A stretch of DNA of 64,000 nt, taken from the NCBI GenBank assembly GCA_042570405.1, contig JBHPGR010000002.1:5992-69991 (forward strand). Reading direction: 5' to 3'. A program made the position numbers and the translations under genes. Every line of letters begins with the position of its first letter. The stretch's first letter is position 1. This DNA is from Candidatus Omnitrophota bacterium (GTDB lineage Bacteria > Omnitrophota > Gorgyraeia > Gygaellales > Profunditerraquicolaceae). This document shows, in pieces, positions 39,681-48,624 of the stretch. A model generated the notes under the pieces. The model was given only the letters and a program-made list of their open reading frames with translations, did not search any database and was not told where the DNA came from.

Positions 39681-42600
39681 ATGCCAAGACGCAAAGACAT
39701 CAAGAAGGTCCTGATCATAGGTTCCGGACCGATCATCATCGGCCAGGCCTGCGAGTTTGACTATTCGGGAACTCAGGCCTGTAAGGCATTAAAAGAAGAG
39801 GGCTACGAGGTAGTATTAGTAAATTCTAACCCGGCAACGATCATGACTGATCCGGGGATGGCGCATAAGACTTATATCGAGCCGCTTAATGAAGAAAGCT
39901 TAGAGCGGATCATCGAAAAGGAGCGGCCGGATGCGCTGCTTCCTAATTTAGGGGGGCAAACAGGCCTTAATCTATCTTCGAGCCTTCATAAGTCCGGAGT
40001 ATTGAAGAAATACGGTATTAAAGTGATCGGCGTTCAGACTGATGCGATCGAGCGCGGGGAGGACCGTCTGGCTTTTAAGGAGACGATGAAGAAGCTCAAT
40101 ATCCCCGTTCCTAAGTCTGATGTCAGCCATTCGGTAGAGGAGGCGCAGAAGATAGCCGAAGAGATCGGTTATCCCGTAGTACTGAGGCCGGCATACACCA
40201 TGGGGGGGACCGGGGGCGGGATCGCTTATAATGTAGAAGAATTAAGGGTGATCGTAAATCGCGGCCTTAACGTAAGTATCGTTCATCAGGTTTTAGTAGA
40301 AGAGGCAGTGATCGGCTGGGAGGAGCTGGAGCTTGAGGTGGTACGCGATACAAAGGATCAGAAGATCACCGTTTGTTTCATCGAAAATATTGACGCCATG
40401 GGGGTGCATACAGGAGACAGCTTCTGCGCGGCGCCGATGTTGACTGTGCCCAAACCTTTACAGAAGAAGATGCAGGATTTATCTTACAAGATCGTAGATG
40501 CGATCGGCGTGGTCGGAGGTACTAATATCCAGTTTGCCCATAACCTTAAGACTGACCGCCTGGTGGTGATTGAGATCAACCCGCGGACTTCACGCTCATC
40601 GGCGCTTGCTTCCAAGGCAACCGGTTTTCCTATTGCCAGGATCTCAACCAAGTTGGCTGCTGGTTTGACCATGGATGAGATCCCTTACTGGAAAGAGGGG
40701 ACGCTTGAGAAGTATGAGCCAAGCGGAGATTATGTGGTGATCAAGTTTGCCCGTTGGGCATTTGAGAAATTCCCCGGAGCCAAGGATATACTTGGGACTC
40801 AGATGAGGGCGGTAGGGGAAGTAATGAGTATAGGTAAGACTTACAAGGAGGCCTTCCAGAAGGCAATCCGCTCCCTTGAGATAGGAAGATATGGCTTGGG
40901 CGTTGCAAAATTTAAGGCGCTTGCTGATGAGGTGTTAAAGGGAAGGATCGCTACTCCTTCGAGCGAACGGATATTTCTGATGTATGAAGCACTGCGCCGG
41001 GGCGCTTCGGTCGAGGAGCTATATAGAGTAACCCACATCGGCCGCTGGTTCATCCAGGAGATGAAGGATCTCGTAGATTTCGAGGAGGAGATCTCAAAGA
41101 ATAAATGGAAGGACCTTTCTGATCAGAAGCTGGCTAAGGCGAAAGAGTTAGGTTTTTCTGACAGATACCTTGCCGGATTGTTTGACGTCAAAGAAGCCGA
41201 GGTAAGAAAGCGCAGGATCAAGATCGGCAAGGCCGGGCGTTTTGATGCGGTTCCGGTCAGCGGCGTTGAGAATGCAGCTTATTATTACTCTACCTATATA
41301 AAGGAGGATAAGGTACCTGTTTCACCAAATAAAAAAGTATTGATCTTAGGGGGTGGCCCGAATAGGATCGGCCAGGGGATAGAATTTGACTATACCTGTG
41401 TGCATGCGGCCTTTGCGCTTCGCGATGAAGGATATGAATCGATCATGGTCAACTGTAACCCCGAGACCGTATCTACAGATTATGATACTTCCAACAAACT
41501 GTATTTTGAGCCTTTGACCGTAGAAGATGTGCTGACGATCTGGGAGAAGGAGAAGCCGATGGGCGCGATCGTGCAGTTTGGAGGGCAGACCCCCTTAAAC
41601 ATCGCACAGGAGCTTAAGGATAACGGGGTGAAGATCCTCGGGACTTCTCCTGAAAGTATCCGCCTGGCAGAGGACAGGGAGTATTTCCGTAAGCGGATGA
41701 TCGAGCTTAAGATCCCGCAGCCGGAGAGCGGGGCAGCGCGCTCCATGGAAGAAGCTTTAAAGATAGCAAAAAAAATAGGTTATCCTTTGATGGTGCGTCC
41801 TTCATTTGTGCTTGGCGGAAGGGGGATGCAGGTAGTTTATGACGAACAGATGCTGCGCAAATACACCGAGGAGGCGATCGAGATAACCCCGGAATATCCG
41901 ATGTTGATCGATAAGTTCCTGGAGCAGGCAGTTGAGACTGAAGTCGATGCGCTTGCTGACGGTAAGGACTGCTTTGTGGCATCGATCATGGAGCATATCG
42001 AGCTTGCCGGAGTCCACTCCGGAGATTCTGCCTGCGCCATCCCCACCAGGACGATCAAGGAAGAGCATCTAAAAACAATAGAGAAATATACTGCCCAGAT
42101 CGCAAAGGAGCTTAAGGTCGTGGGCCTGATGAATATTCAGTATGCGATCTGCGATAACAAGGTCTATATCTTAGAGGCAAATCCACGGGCATCGCGGACT
42201 GTGCCTTTAGTCTCTAAGATCACGAATATTGCGATCGCCAGGATAGCTACGCAGGTGATGCTCGGGAAAAAGCTAAAGGATTTTCCGGAGTTGAAAAAAT
42301 ATAAGCTTCCTTATGTCGGGGTCAAGGAAGCGGTGTTCCCTTTTAATATGTTTCCCGAGGTAGATCCGGTCCTCGGCCCTGAGATGAGAGCTACCGGGGA
42401 GGTGATGGGGATCGGCGAGACCTTTGGTATGGCCTTTTACAAGGCGCAGGAAGCTGCAGGAGTCAAATTACCGTTGGAGGGAAGCGTATTGTTGACTGTA
42501 GCAGAAAAAGATAAGCAGAAATTGCTTCCTATAGCCAAGCGGCTAGAGAAGGCAGGCTTTAAGATCCTGGCTACAGAGGGGACCGGCCGTTTCTTGAGTG

Positions 42601-42878
42601 AAAACGGGGTCAAGAATAACCAGATCAAAAAGTTGTACGAGGGAAGGCCGAATATTACCGATGCGATCAAGAACAAAGATGTCCAGCTGATTGTAAATAC
42701 GCCGATCGGTAGAGGTAGTAAGTATGATGACAGCTACATACGGATGATGGCGATCCAGCATAAGCTGCCTTACATTACTTCAATCGCTGCTGCAGAGGCG
42801 AGCATCGAGGGGATCGAGGCGGCAAAGAAGAATAAGATCACTGCTACCTCTTTACAGGATTATTACAAGAAGCTATAA
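39681..42878 (+). CDS. carB: carbamoyl-phosphate synthase large subunit (full length)
   Basis: 1065 aa. It has both ATP-grasp halves and the C-terminal MGS-like allosteric domain. GGAGGAG precedes the ATG. Confidence 0.95.
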   Translation: MPRRKDIKKVLIIGSGPIIIGQACEFDYSGTQACKALKEEGYEVVLVNSNPATIMTDPGMAHKTYIEPLNEESLERIIEKERPDALLPNLGGQTGLNLSSSLHKSGVLKKYGIKVIGVQTDAIERGEDRLAFKETMKKLNIPVPKSDVSHSVEEAQKIAEEIGYPVVLRPAYTMGGTGGGIAYNVEELRVIVNRGLNVSIVHQVLVEEAVIGWEELELEVVRDTKDQKITVCFIENIDAMGVHTGDSFCAAPMLTVPKPLQKKMQDLSYKIVDAIGVVGGTNIQFAHNLKTDRLVVIEINPRTSRSSALASKATGFPIARISTKLAAGLTMDEIPYWKEGTLEKYEPSGDYVVIKFARWAFEKFPGAKDILGTQMRAVGEVMSIGKTYKEAFQKAIRSLEIGRYGLGVAKFKALADEVLKGRIATPSSERIFLMYEALRRGASVEELYRVTHIGRWFIQEMKDLVDFEEEISKNKWKDLSDQKLAKAKELGFSDRYLAGLFDVKEAEVRKRRIKIGKAGRFDAVPVSGVENAAYYYSTYIKEDKVPVSPNKKVLILGGGPNRIGQGIEFDYTCVHAAFALRDEGYESIMVNCNPETVSTDYDTSNKLYFEPLTVEDVLTIWEKEKPMGAIVQFGGQTPLNIAQELKDNGVKILGTSPESIRLAEDREYFRKRMIELKIPQPESGAARSMEEALKIAKKIGYPLMVRPSFVLGGRGMQVVYDEQMLRKYTEEAIEITPEYPMLIDKFLEQAVETEVDALADGKDCFVASIMEHIELAGVHSGDSACAIPTRTIKEEHLKTIEKYTAQIAKELKVVGLMNIQYAICDNKVYILEANPRASRTVPLVSKITNIAIARIATQVMLGKKLKDFPELKKYKLPYVGVKEAVFPFNMFPEVDPVLGPEMRATGEVMGIGETFGMAFYKAQEAAGVKLPLEGSVLLTVAEKDKQKLLPIAKRLEKAGFKILATEGTGRFLSENGVKNNQIKKLYEGRPNITDAIKNKDVQLIVNTPIGRGSKYDDSYIRMMAIQHKLPYITSIAAAEASIEGIEAAKKNKITATSLQDYYKKL

Positions 42879-42886
42879 TAGGTGCA

Positions 42887-44413
42887 ATGACGAAAAAAAC
42901 AGGTTTTGATAACGAGAAATACCTTAAAGAGCAGAGCGCTGCTATCCTTGACCGCGTAAAGAAGCTTGGAGATAAGCTCTACCTTGAATTCGGCGGGAAG
43001 CTTTGTTATGACTACCACGCCTCGCGCGTCCTGCCGGGGTATGATCCTAATGTTAAGATCAGGCTGCTGCAGTTATTAAAGAATAAGATCGATATCGTCC
43101 TGGCGATCTATGCCGGCGATATAGAAAAGGGTAGGGTCAGGGGTGATTTCGGGATCACCTATGATGCCGCCACCTTTAAGCTGATCGATGACTTAAGAGG
43201 GTGGGGCCTGGATATACTGGCTGTAGTGATCACGCGCTTTGCCAATCAGCCAAGTGCGGTGATCTTTAAGAATAAATTGGAGCGTAGAGGAGTCAAGGTC
43301 TACCTGCATTATCCAATAGATGGGTATCCGGTAAATGTAGATCTGGTGGCAAGCGACGAGGGATTTGGCAAGAATGATTATATCAAGACCAAGAGCCCGA
43401 TCGTGGTAGTTACTGCTCCGGGTCCTAATAGCGGGAAACTAGCCACTTGCCTCTCTCAGATCTATAATGAACATAAGCGCGGCGCAAACGTCGGGTATGC
43501 CAAGTTTGAGACCTTCCCGATCTGGAATATTCCGCTAAAGCATCCGGTAAACCTGGCCTATGAGGCGGCGACTGCCGATATCCTGGATTTTAACCTGGTG
43601 GATCCCTTTCACTTAAATACCTACAAAAAGACTGCTGTAAATTATAACCGTGATGTTGAATGCTTCCCGATAGTAAAATCGATATTAAGCAGGATCTTCG
43701 GCAAACAGAGTAATATCCCCACGTACAACTCTCCCACGGATATGGGGGTCAACCGCGCAGGTTTTGGCATTACCAATGATGAAGCAGTACAGGAAGCCGC
43801 AAGGCAGGAGATCATCAGGAGATATTTCAGGTATAATGCCGAATATGTCATGGGTATAGAAAGGAAGGAGACAGTAGACAAGGTATTATTATTGATGGAG
43901 GAGTTAAGTTTAAAGGTTACCGATCGGACGGTTGTTGGGCCGGCAAGAAAGGCAGCTGAGCAGGCCGAGAAGAAAAATAAGGTAAAGACCGGGATCTATT
44001 GCGGCTCGGCGATTCAATTTCCTGACGGGAGGATCATCACCGGTAAGAATTCTAAACTTATGCATGCGGCCTCAAGCCTGGTTTTGAATGCGGTTAAGAC
44101 CTTAGCCAATATTCCCGACGAGATCCTGCTTCTTTCTCCGCATATAATCGCCCAGATCGCAAAATTGAAGCAGGGAGTTTTAAATACTGAATCCGAAAGC
44201 CTTGATTTAGAGGAGACCCTGATCGCCCTGGCGATAAGCGCTACCACCAACCACACTGCCGAGGTAGCGATGGAGAAGCTGGAGGGGTTAAAGAACTGCG
44301 ATGTGCATATCACGCATATTCCGGCACCCGGCGACGAAGTCGGCCTGAAACGCCTGGGGGTTCGTCTTACCACTGACGGCAAATTCTCTTCCAGCAACCT
44401 ATTCCTTACCTAA
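42887..44413 (+). CDS. DUF1846 / UPF0371 family protein (function unknown)
   Basis: 508 aa. The N-terminus FDNEKYLKEQSAAILDRVKKLGDKLYLEFGGKL matches, from memory, the UPF0371 family of Firmicutes. It starts 8 nt after the carB stop. Confidence 0.75.
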   Translation: MTKKTGFDNEKYLKEQSAAILDRVKKLGDKLYLEFGGKLCYDYHASRVLPGYDPNVKIRLLQLLKNKIDIVLAIYAGDIEKGRVRGDFGITYDAATFKLIDDLRGWGLDILAVVITRFANQPSAVIFKNKLERRGVKVYLHYPIDGYPVNVDLVASDEGFGKNDYIKTKSPIVVVTAPGPNSGKLATCLSQIYNEHKRGANVGYAKFETFPIWNIPLKHPVNLAYEAATADILDFNLVDPFHLNTYKKTAVNYNRDVECFPIVKSILSRIFGKQSNIPTYNSPTDMGVNRAGFGITNDEAVQEAARQEIIRRYFRYNAEYVMGIERKETVDKVLLLMEELSLKVTDRTVVGPARKAAEQAEKKNKVKTGIYCGSAIQFPDGRIITGKNSKLMHAASSLVLNAVKTLANIPDEILLLSPHIIAQIAKLKQGVLNTESESLDLEETLIALAISATTNHTAEVAMEKLEGLKNCDVHITHIPAPGDEVGLKRLGVRLTTDGKFSSSNLFLT

Positions 44414-44424
44414 AAACTTCACTT

Positions 44425-44443
44425 AAAAAGGGACGCTCTTTTT
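44425..44443 (+). terminator. weak terminator-like motif AAAAAGGGACGCTCTTTTT after the carB-DUF1846 operon
   Basis: It starts 11 nt after the stop codon. The same 19-mer recurs in gene-sense orientation after lpxB (46183-46201, minus strand). The stem is short and A/U-rich. Confidence 0.3.
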
Positions 44444-44453
44444 GTAAATTCGA

Positions 44454-44482
44454 TTGCCTTGAAAAGCGTTTTGGAATATAAT
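44454..44482 (+). promoter_or_regulatory. sigma70-like promoter candidate for rpmA
   Basis: TTGCCT (44454-44459), a 17-nt spacer, then TATAAT (44477-44482). Confidence 0.45.
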
Positions 44483-44539
44483 ACTACATAGTTGTCGTAT
44501 TCAGATTGAGAAAGAAACCGGAAAAAGGAGAGGATTATT

Positions 44540-44773
44540 ATGGCGGGCGGAAAATCAAGGCCAAAAAAAGATAAGGCGGTAAAAGTTGTGGGCGGGCAAG
44601 CTGTTAAAACCGGACAGATCCTGGTAAGGGGCCTATGTACTTATAAGGCCGGAGTGAACGTCAAAGGCAAGGGAGCTATATATGCGCTCTGTGCCGGGAA
44701 AGTGAGCTTTACTAAAAGAAAGACCAGTCACGGAAGGGTGAGGACATTTTTGAACATAATACCCGCTAAGTGA
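44540..44773 (+). CDS. rpmA: 50S ribosomal protein L27 (divergent, short N-terminus)
   Basis: 77 aa. VVGGQAVKTGQILVRGLCTYKAGVNVKGKGAIYALCAGKVSF aligns with the L27 core (FGG..V..G.IIVRQRGT...AG.NVG.G.D.TLFA...G.V.F). AGGAGAGG precedes the ATG. Confidence 0.7.
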   Translation: MAGGKSRPKKDKAVKVVGGQAVKTGQILVRGLCTYKAGVNVKGKGAIYALCAGKVSFTKRKTSHGRVRTFLNIIPAK

Positions 44774-44786
44774 TGAAGGGCCGCTG

Positions 44787-46184
44787 ATGGGAAGATATAA
44801 ATTAAGAAGTTTCCGCGTAAAAGTCACGCTGGCTTTTATTATGCTGGTAGTTTTTTCAGCAGTAATCAGTAATTTCTTTATCTCTAAATTCTACATGGAG
44901 ACGCAATTCACGCAACTGCGCAACCAGCTGATGACTATTGCACAGACAGCGGCGCTGACGGTCGATGCACATATACTTTTGGGTATACCTTTAAACAGGG
45001 AGGGGATAAGTACTGCGCAATTCCAGATCGTCGCGGATAAACTGAGAAAGATCAAAGAGGCAAACCCTGATATCGAGTATATTTATACGATGACAAAGAC
45101 CGACCAGGAGGGCATCTGGCAGTATGTAGTCGATCCTGATCCCCTTTCGGAGGAGGAAGAGGAGGCGGGTCTGAGCAGTTTCCCGGGAGATAAATATGAT
45201 GCCTCGCGCTTTCCGCAGATGCTAAAGGGTTTTGAAGAGGCCTCGGCGGATCACGAATTTGAAGTAGATGAGTGGGGAGCAACGCTTTCGGGATACGCGC
45301 CGATTTATGATGCAAACGGCAAGGTAGTAGCTATGCTGGGAATCGATATGATGGCGGATAATATCCTTAAGGTGCAAAAGTTATTTTACAAGCGCCTGGC
45401 GGTTTTGTTGGGGTTGGGCGTGAGTATATCTATTTTTTTGGGCACGCTGCTTTCAATGCGCATTACCGGGCCAATCAATAAGCTGGTGGAAGGGACCCGT
45501 CATATCGCCGAAGGTGATCTCGATTATCACGTAATGGTCAAAGGAAAAGATGAGATAAATGAGTTGGGCGAGTCATTCAACCACATGGCGGAGAGCCTCT
45601 CTAGATCACGGAAGAGACTGAGTAATTACTTCTATAACGTGATGCATTCTTTCATCAGGATCCTTGAGGCAAAGGATAAATATACCAGGGGCCATTCCGA
45701 GAGGGTCTCTGAATATGCCGGCAAGGTCGCAGTAAAGATGGGGCTATCTCCCGAAAAAACAGAATTATTGAGAGAGGCAGGGCTGCTTCATGATATCGGT
45801 AAATTGGGGATCCAGGAGAGCATATTGAACAAACGGGATAAGCTTACCGATGAAGAATGGGAAGTTATCAAGCAGCATCCCCTGATAGCGGAGGATATTT
45901 TAAAGCCGATCATCTTGACCCCGGAGATGCTGGAGACGATCAAGGAGCATCATGAACGTTACGATGGCAAGGGTTATCCTAAGCACCTCAGCGGCGATCA
46001 CATCAACCTTTTTGCGCACATCCTTGCAGTAGTTGATTCGTATGACGCAATGACATCCCTCAGGGCCTATAGGCAGGAGCTAAGCAAGGAGACGGCCATC
46101 GAGGAGCTTAAGAAGAATAAGGGCACCCAGTTTAATCCCGGTGTAGTTGATATTTTTGTTCAGGTGCTACAGGAAGAAAGCTAA
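44787..46184 (+). CDS. membrane sensor with periplasmic Cache-like domain, HAMP and HD-GYP c-di-GMP phosphodiesterase domain
   Basis: It has two TM segments flanking a domain of about 170 aa, a HAMP domain (ITGPINKLVEGTRHIAEGDL), and an HD-GYP domain (HSERVSEYA, LLHDIGKLGI, HHERYDGKGYP). Confidence 0.85.
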   Translation: MGRYKLRSFRVKVTLAFIMLVVFSAVISNFFISKFYMETQFTQLRNQLMTIAQTAALTVDAHILLGIPLNREGISTAQFQIVADKLRKIKEANPDIEYIYTMTKTDQEGIWQYVVDPDPLSEEEEEAGLSSFPGDKYDASRFPQMLKGFEEASADHEFEVDEWGATLSGYAPIYDANGKVVAMLGIDMMADNILKVQKLFYKRLAVLLGLGVSISIFLGTLLSMRITGPINKLVEGTRHIAEGDLDYHVMVKGKDEINELGESFNHMAESLSRSRKRLSNYFYNVMHSFIRILEAKDKYTRGHSERVSEYAGKVAVKMGLSPEKTELLREAGLLHDIGKLGIQESILNKRDKLTDEEWEVIKQHPLIAEDILKPIILTPEMLETIKEHHERYDGKGYPKHLSGDHINLFAHILAVVDSYDAMTSLRAYRQELSKETAIEELKKNKGTQFNPGVVDIFVQVLQEES

Positions 46185-46201
46185 AAAGAGCGTCCCTTTT
46201 T
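46183..46201 (-). terminator. weak terminator-like motif (same 19-mer as 44425-44443, read on the minus strand) after lpxB
   Basis: The reverse complement of 46183-46201 is AAAAAGGGACGCTCTTTTT. It lies between the convergent HD-GYP and lpxB stops. Confidence 0.3.
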
Positions 46202-46208
46202 GGAGGAA

Positions 46209-47348
46209 TTATTTTTGGAGGAAAGTCAGGATGGAGCCGGCGGCGCGCAAGCTGGCCCCTTTTTCACCGAGTGAGGAGCTCAGATTGCTGAGCTCTTTTT
46301 TTATGCGCGCTGACTCAAGGGGATCGCGCAGGACCCTCAGCGCGAATTCAGCGATCTCTTGCGGGTTTGCCCCGGACTGGAGAAACTCCGGGATTATCAA
46401 TTTTTTTGCTACGATGTTTACCATCCCTATGTATGGCAGCCTGACCTGAGGTTTAAAGACTAAGTAATTTAGCGGATTAGTCTTGTAGATTATGGCAAAT
46501 GGTTTTTGCATGATCGCAGTCTCAAGGGTGGCGGTACCTGAAGCGACAAGGCAGAAATCCGCCGCTTCCAGGCAGTCGTAGGTCTTTCCGTCAATGATCT
46601 TAAGGTCAAGGCAAGTCCCTGCGATCAAGCGATCGTAGATTTCCTGTTCCAGATTAGGCGATTTAGCGATTATAAACTGTACGCCTTTTGAGCCTTTGGC
46701 GATCAAGGCGGCGCTTTTTAGCATAACCGGGAGGATGTATTTTATTTCTTGCCTGCGGGAGCCGGGGAGCAGGGCGACTGTGACTTTTGAGTCGCTTATG
46801 CCGAAAGTGCCGATAAATTTATCCTTACTCATACTGGGCCTGACTAGATCAAGCAGGGGATGACCGACGAAATCAACGCTTACTCCGTGCTTCCTATAAA
46901 ACTCCTCCTCAAACTTAAAGAGTACGACTACCTTATGGATAAACCTTTTTATAAATCTGATGCGCTTTGGCCTTGAAGCCCAGAGCTGCGGGCTGACATA
47001 GTAGATCGTCGGGACGCTCTTATTGATCTTTGCGGCTAGCCTTAAATTGAAACCTGAGTAATCGACGAGGATCACAGCGTCGGGCTTCTCCTCTTTGATC
47101 TTCCGCAGGATAGTTTTTTTAAGGGAGAAGAAGCGGGGGAGTTTTTTTAGGACATCAAAGAGGCCCATGACCGCGTAATCCTTTATATCGGCGAAGACTC
47201 TAGCGCCTGCAGAACGCAGATTCTCTCCGCCCACTGCCAGGATTTTGATTCCCGGATCAGTCTTTAATATTTCTTTAGTGAGGTTAGCAGCGTTTATGTC
47301 GCCTGATACCTCACCGCATACGATAATGATCTTTTTTATATTTGGCAT
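46209..47348 (-). CDS. lpxB: lipid-A-disaccharide synthase
   Basis: 379 aa. It has the N-terminal CGEVSGDINAANL motif and the GT19 family pattern. Confidence 0.9.
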   Translation of the reverse strand: MPNIKKIIIVCGEVSGDINAANLTKEILKTDPGIKILAVGGENLRSAGARVFADIKDYAVMGLFDVLKKLPRFFSLKKTILRKIKEEKPDAVILVDYSGFNLRLAAKINKSVPTIYYVSPQLWASRPKRIRFIKRFIHKVVVLFKFEEEFYRKHGVSVDFVGHPLLDLVRPSMSKDKFIGTFGISDSKVTVALLPGSRRQEIKYILPVMLKSAALIAKGSKGVQFIIAKSPNLEQEIYDRLIAGTCLDLKIIDGKTYDCLEAADFCLVASGTATLETAIMQKPFAIIYKTNPLNYLVFKPQVRLPYIGMVNIVAKKLIIPEFLQSGANPQEIAEFALRVLRDPLESARIKKELSNLSSSLGEKGASLRAAGSILTFLQK

Positions 47349-48253
47349 ATCTGTTTTTGGATCTCGAGGGCGACAGCGAGCGCCTCGCGGGCGACCTTAC
47401 CCGAGACGAGAGGGGGAATCCTGAGTGAAGCGCATTCAACGAAGGAGGCGAGCTCTTTCTGCAGCGGTTCCTCTTTTTCAATAGGAAGATCTTCTTTACT
47501 GATCTGAGTACCGCGCTTTCTGTAGATGGTCGCCTTAGCTTCCTTGTAATCCAGGGAGATGTAGGTATCCTTCTGGAATATCCTGATCTTTCGCATCACC
47601 TCATCCGAGACGCGGCTGGCAGTAAGATTACAGACGCAGCCGTTCTCGAATGCGATCCGGCTGCTTGCGATATCCTCAAAGGGAGTAAGGATCTTCACCC
47701 CTACGGACTCGATCTTTTTTATTTTAGAAGGGACAAGCCCGAGGATTATATCGATGTCGTGGATCATGATGTCTAACACCGCACCAACATCCAGCGAGCG
47801 ATGCGGGAAGGGGCTTAAGCGGTGGCACTCGATGAATTTAGGGTCATCGATCAACTTCAAGGTTGCGGCAAAGGCGGAGTTGAACCTTTCAATGTGGCCG
47901 ACCTGGAGGATAAGCTTATTCTTATCGGCAAGCTTAATCAGCGAGTCGGCTTCTTTTAAATCAGTGGTAAAGGGTTTTTCGACCAGCACATGAATATTAT
48001 TCTTGAGGAATCCTGAGGCGATCTCATAATGCAGGTTAGTCGGGGCGGCGATGCTGACCGCATCGACTTTTCCAAAAAGCTGCCGGTAATCTTTAAAGCC
48101 AGTAATCCCGAACTTTGAGGTGATTTCGTTGAGGCTATCCTCTTTCAGGTCACAGACTGCGGCGAGCCGGCAATCATCTATCTCTGAGTAGACCCGGGCG
48201 TGTTTGCTGCCCAGGTGTCCCAGCCCCACAACTCCTACCTTGAGTTTTGGCAT
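47336..48253 (-). CDS. Gfo/Idh/MocA family NAD-binding oxidoreductase (possibly lipid A-associated)
   Basis: 305 aa. It has the N-terminal Rossmann fold VGVVGLGHLGSKHA and the EKP motif (VLVEKPFT). It overlaps lpxB. A GnnA-like role is only an inference from context. Confidence 0.75.
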   Translation of the reverse strand: MPKLKVGVVGLGHLGSKHARVYSEIDDCRLAAVCDLKEDSLNEITSKFGITGFKDYRQLFGKVDAVSIAAPTNLHYEIASGFLKNNIHVLVEKPFTTDLKEADSLIKLADKNKLILQVGHIERFNSAFAATLKLIDDPKFIECHRLSPFPHRSLDVGAVLDIMIHDIDIILGLVPSKIKKIESVGVKILTPFEDIASSRIAFENGCVCNLTASRVSDEVMRKIRIFQKDTYISLDYKEAKATIYRKRGTQISKEDLPIEKEEPLQKELASFVECASLRIPPLVSGKVAREALAVALEIQKQICQI

Positions 48254-48265
48254 ATTAATAAGATG

Positions 48266-48490
48266 ATATCAGAGTAAGGATTAGGTTGCAACAAATTTTT
48301 TAGGGCCCTCACCTGCGCGTGCTGAAATTTTTTGCCGTGCACTTGCGGTTTACACCTCTCTCCCGTAACGTCTTACGTAATCCTTCGGTACTCCCGTTCG
48401 GCGTAATCCCTTGTGCACTATTGCCAAAAAATTTCTAATGCACGCTCCGGCAAGGACCCTAAAATTTGTTGGCCATATCTACTCTGATAT
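48266..48490. repeat. 225-bp nested imperfect palindrome in the divergent lpx / msbA intergenic region
   Basis: Outer arms ATATCAGAGTA (48266-48276) / TACTCTGATAT (48480-48490). Middle arms CAACAAATTTT..AGGGCCC (48289-48308) / GGACCCTAAAATTTGTTG (48454-48471). Inner arms GCGTGC..GAAATTTTTTG..GTGCAC (48317-48342) / GTGCAC..CAAAAAATTTC..GCACGC (48413-48445). Confidence 0.7.
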
Positions 48491-48526
48491 TTGAGCGTGA
48501 AGGGTTAAAAAAGGGCATAAAATCAC

Positions 48527-48555
48527 TCGACAAGGAATAAAAGATGTGATATAGT
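48527..48555 (+). promoter_or_regulatory. sigma70-like promoter candidate for msbA
   Basis: TCGACA (48527-48532), a 17-nt spacer, then TATAGT (48550-48555). Confidence 0.35.
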
Positions 48556-48624
48556 AGCAACTTACGTAAAAAGGCCGTTTAAAGGCAGAAAAAACCCCTC
48601 AAAAAGTCCAATAAAAGGCAAAAA

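Noticed and set aside
44425-46201. The 19-nt perfect inverted repeats as terminal inverted repeats of a mobile or invertible 1.8-kb segment carrying rpmA and the HD-GYP gene.
   Set aside because: The enclosed genes are housekeeping or signalling genes with no transposase or recombinase. The 19-mer is itself quasi-palindromic (AAAAAG...CTTTTT). Each copy sits just after a stop codon in the sense of transcription, so a shared terminator-like motif explains it more simply.
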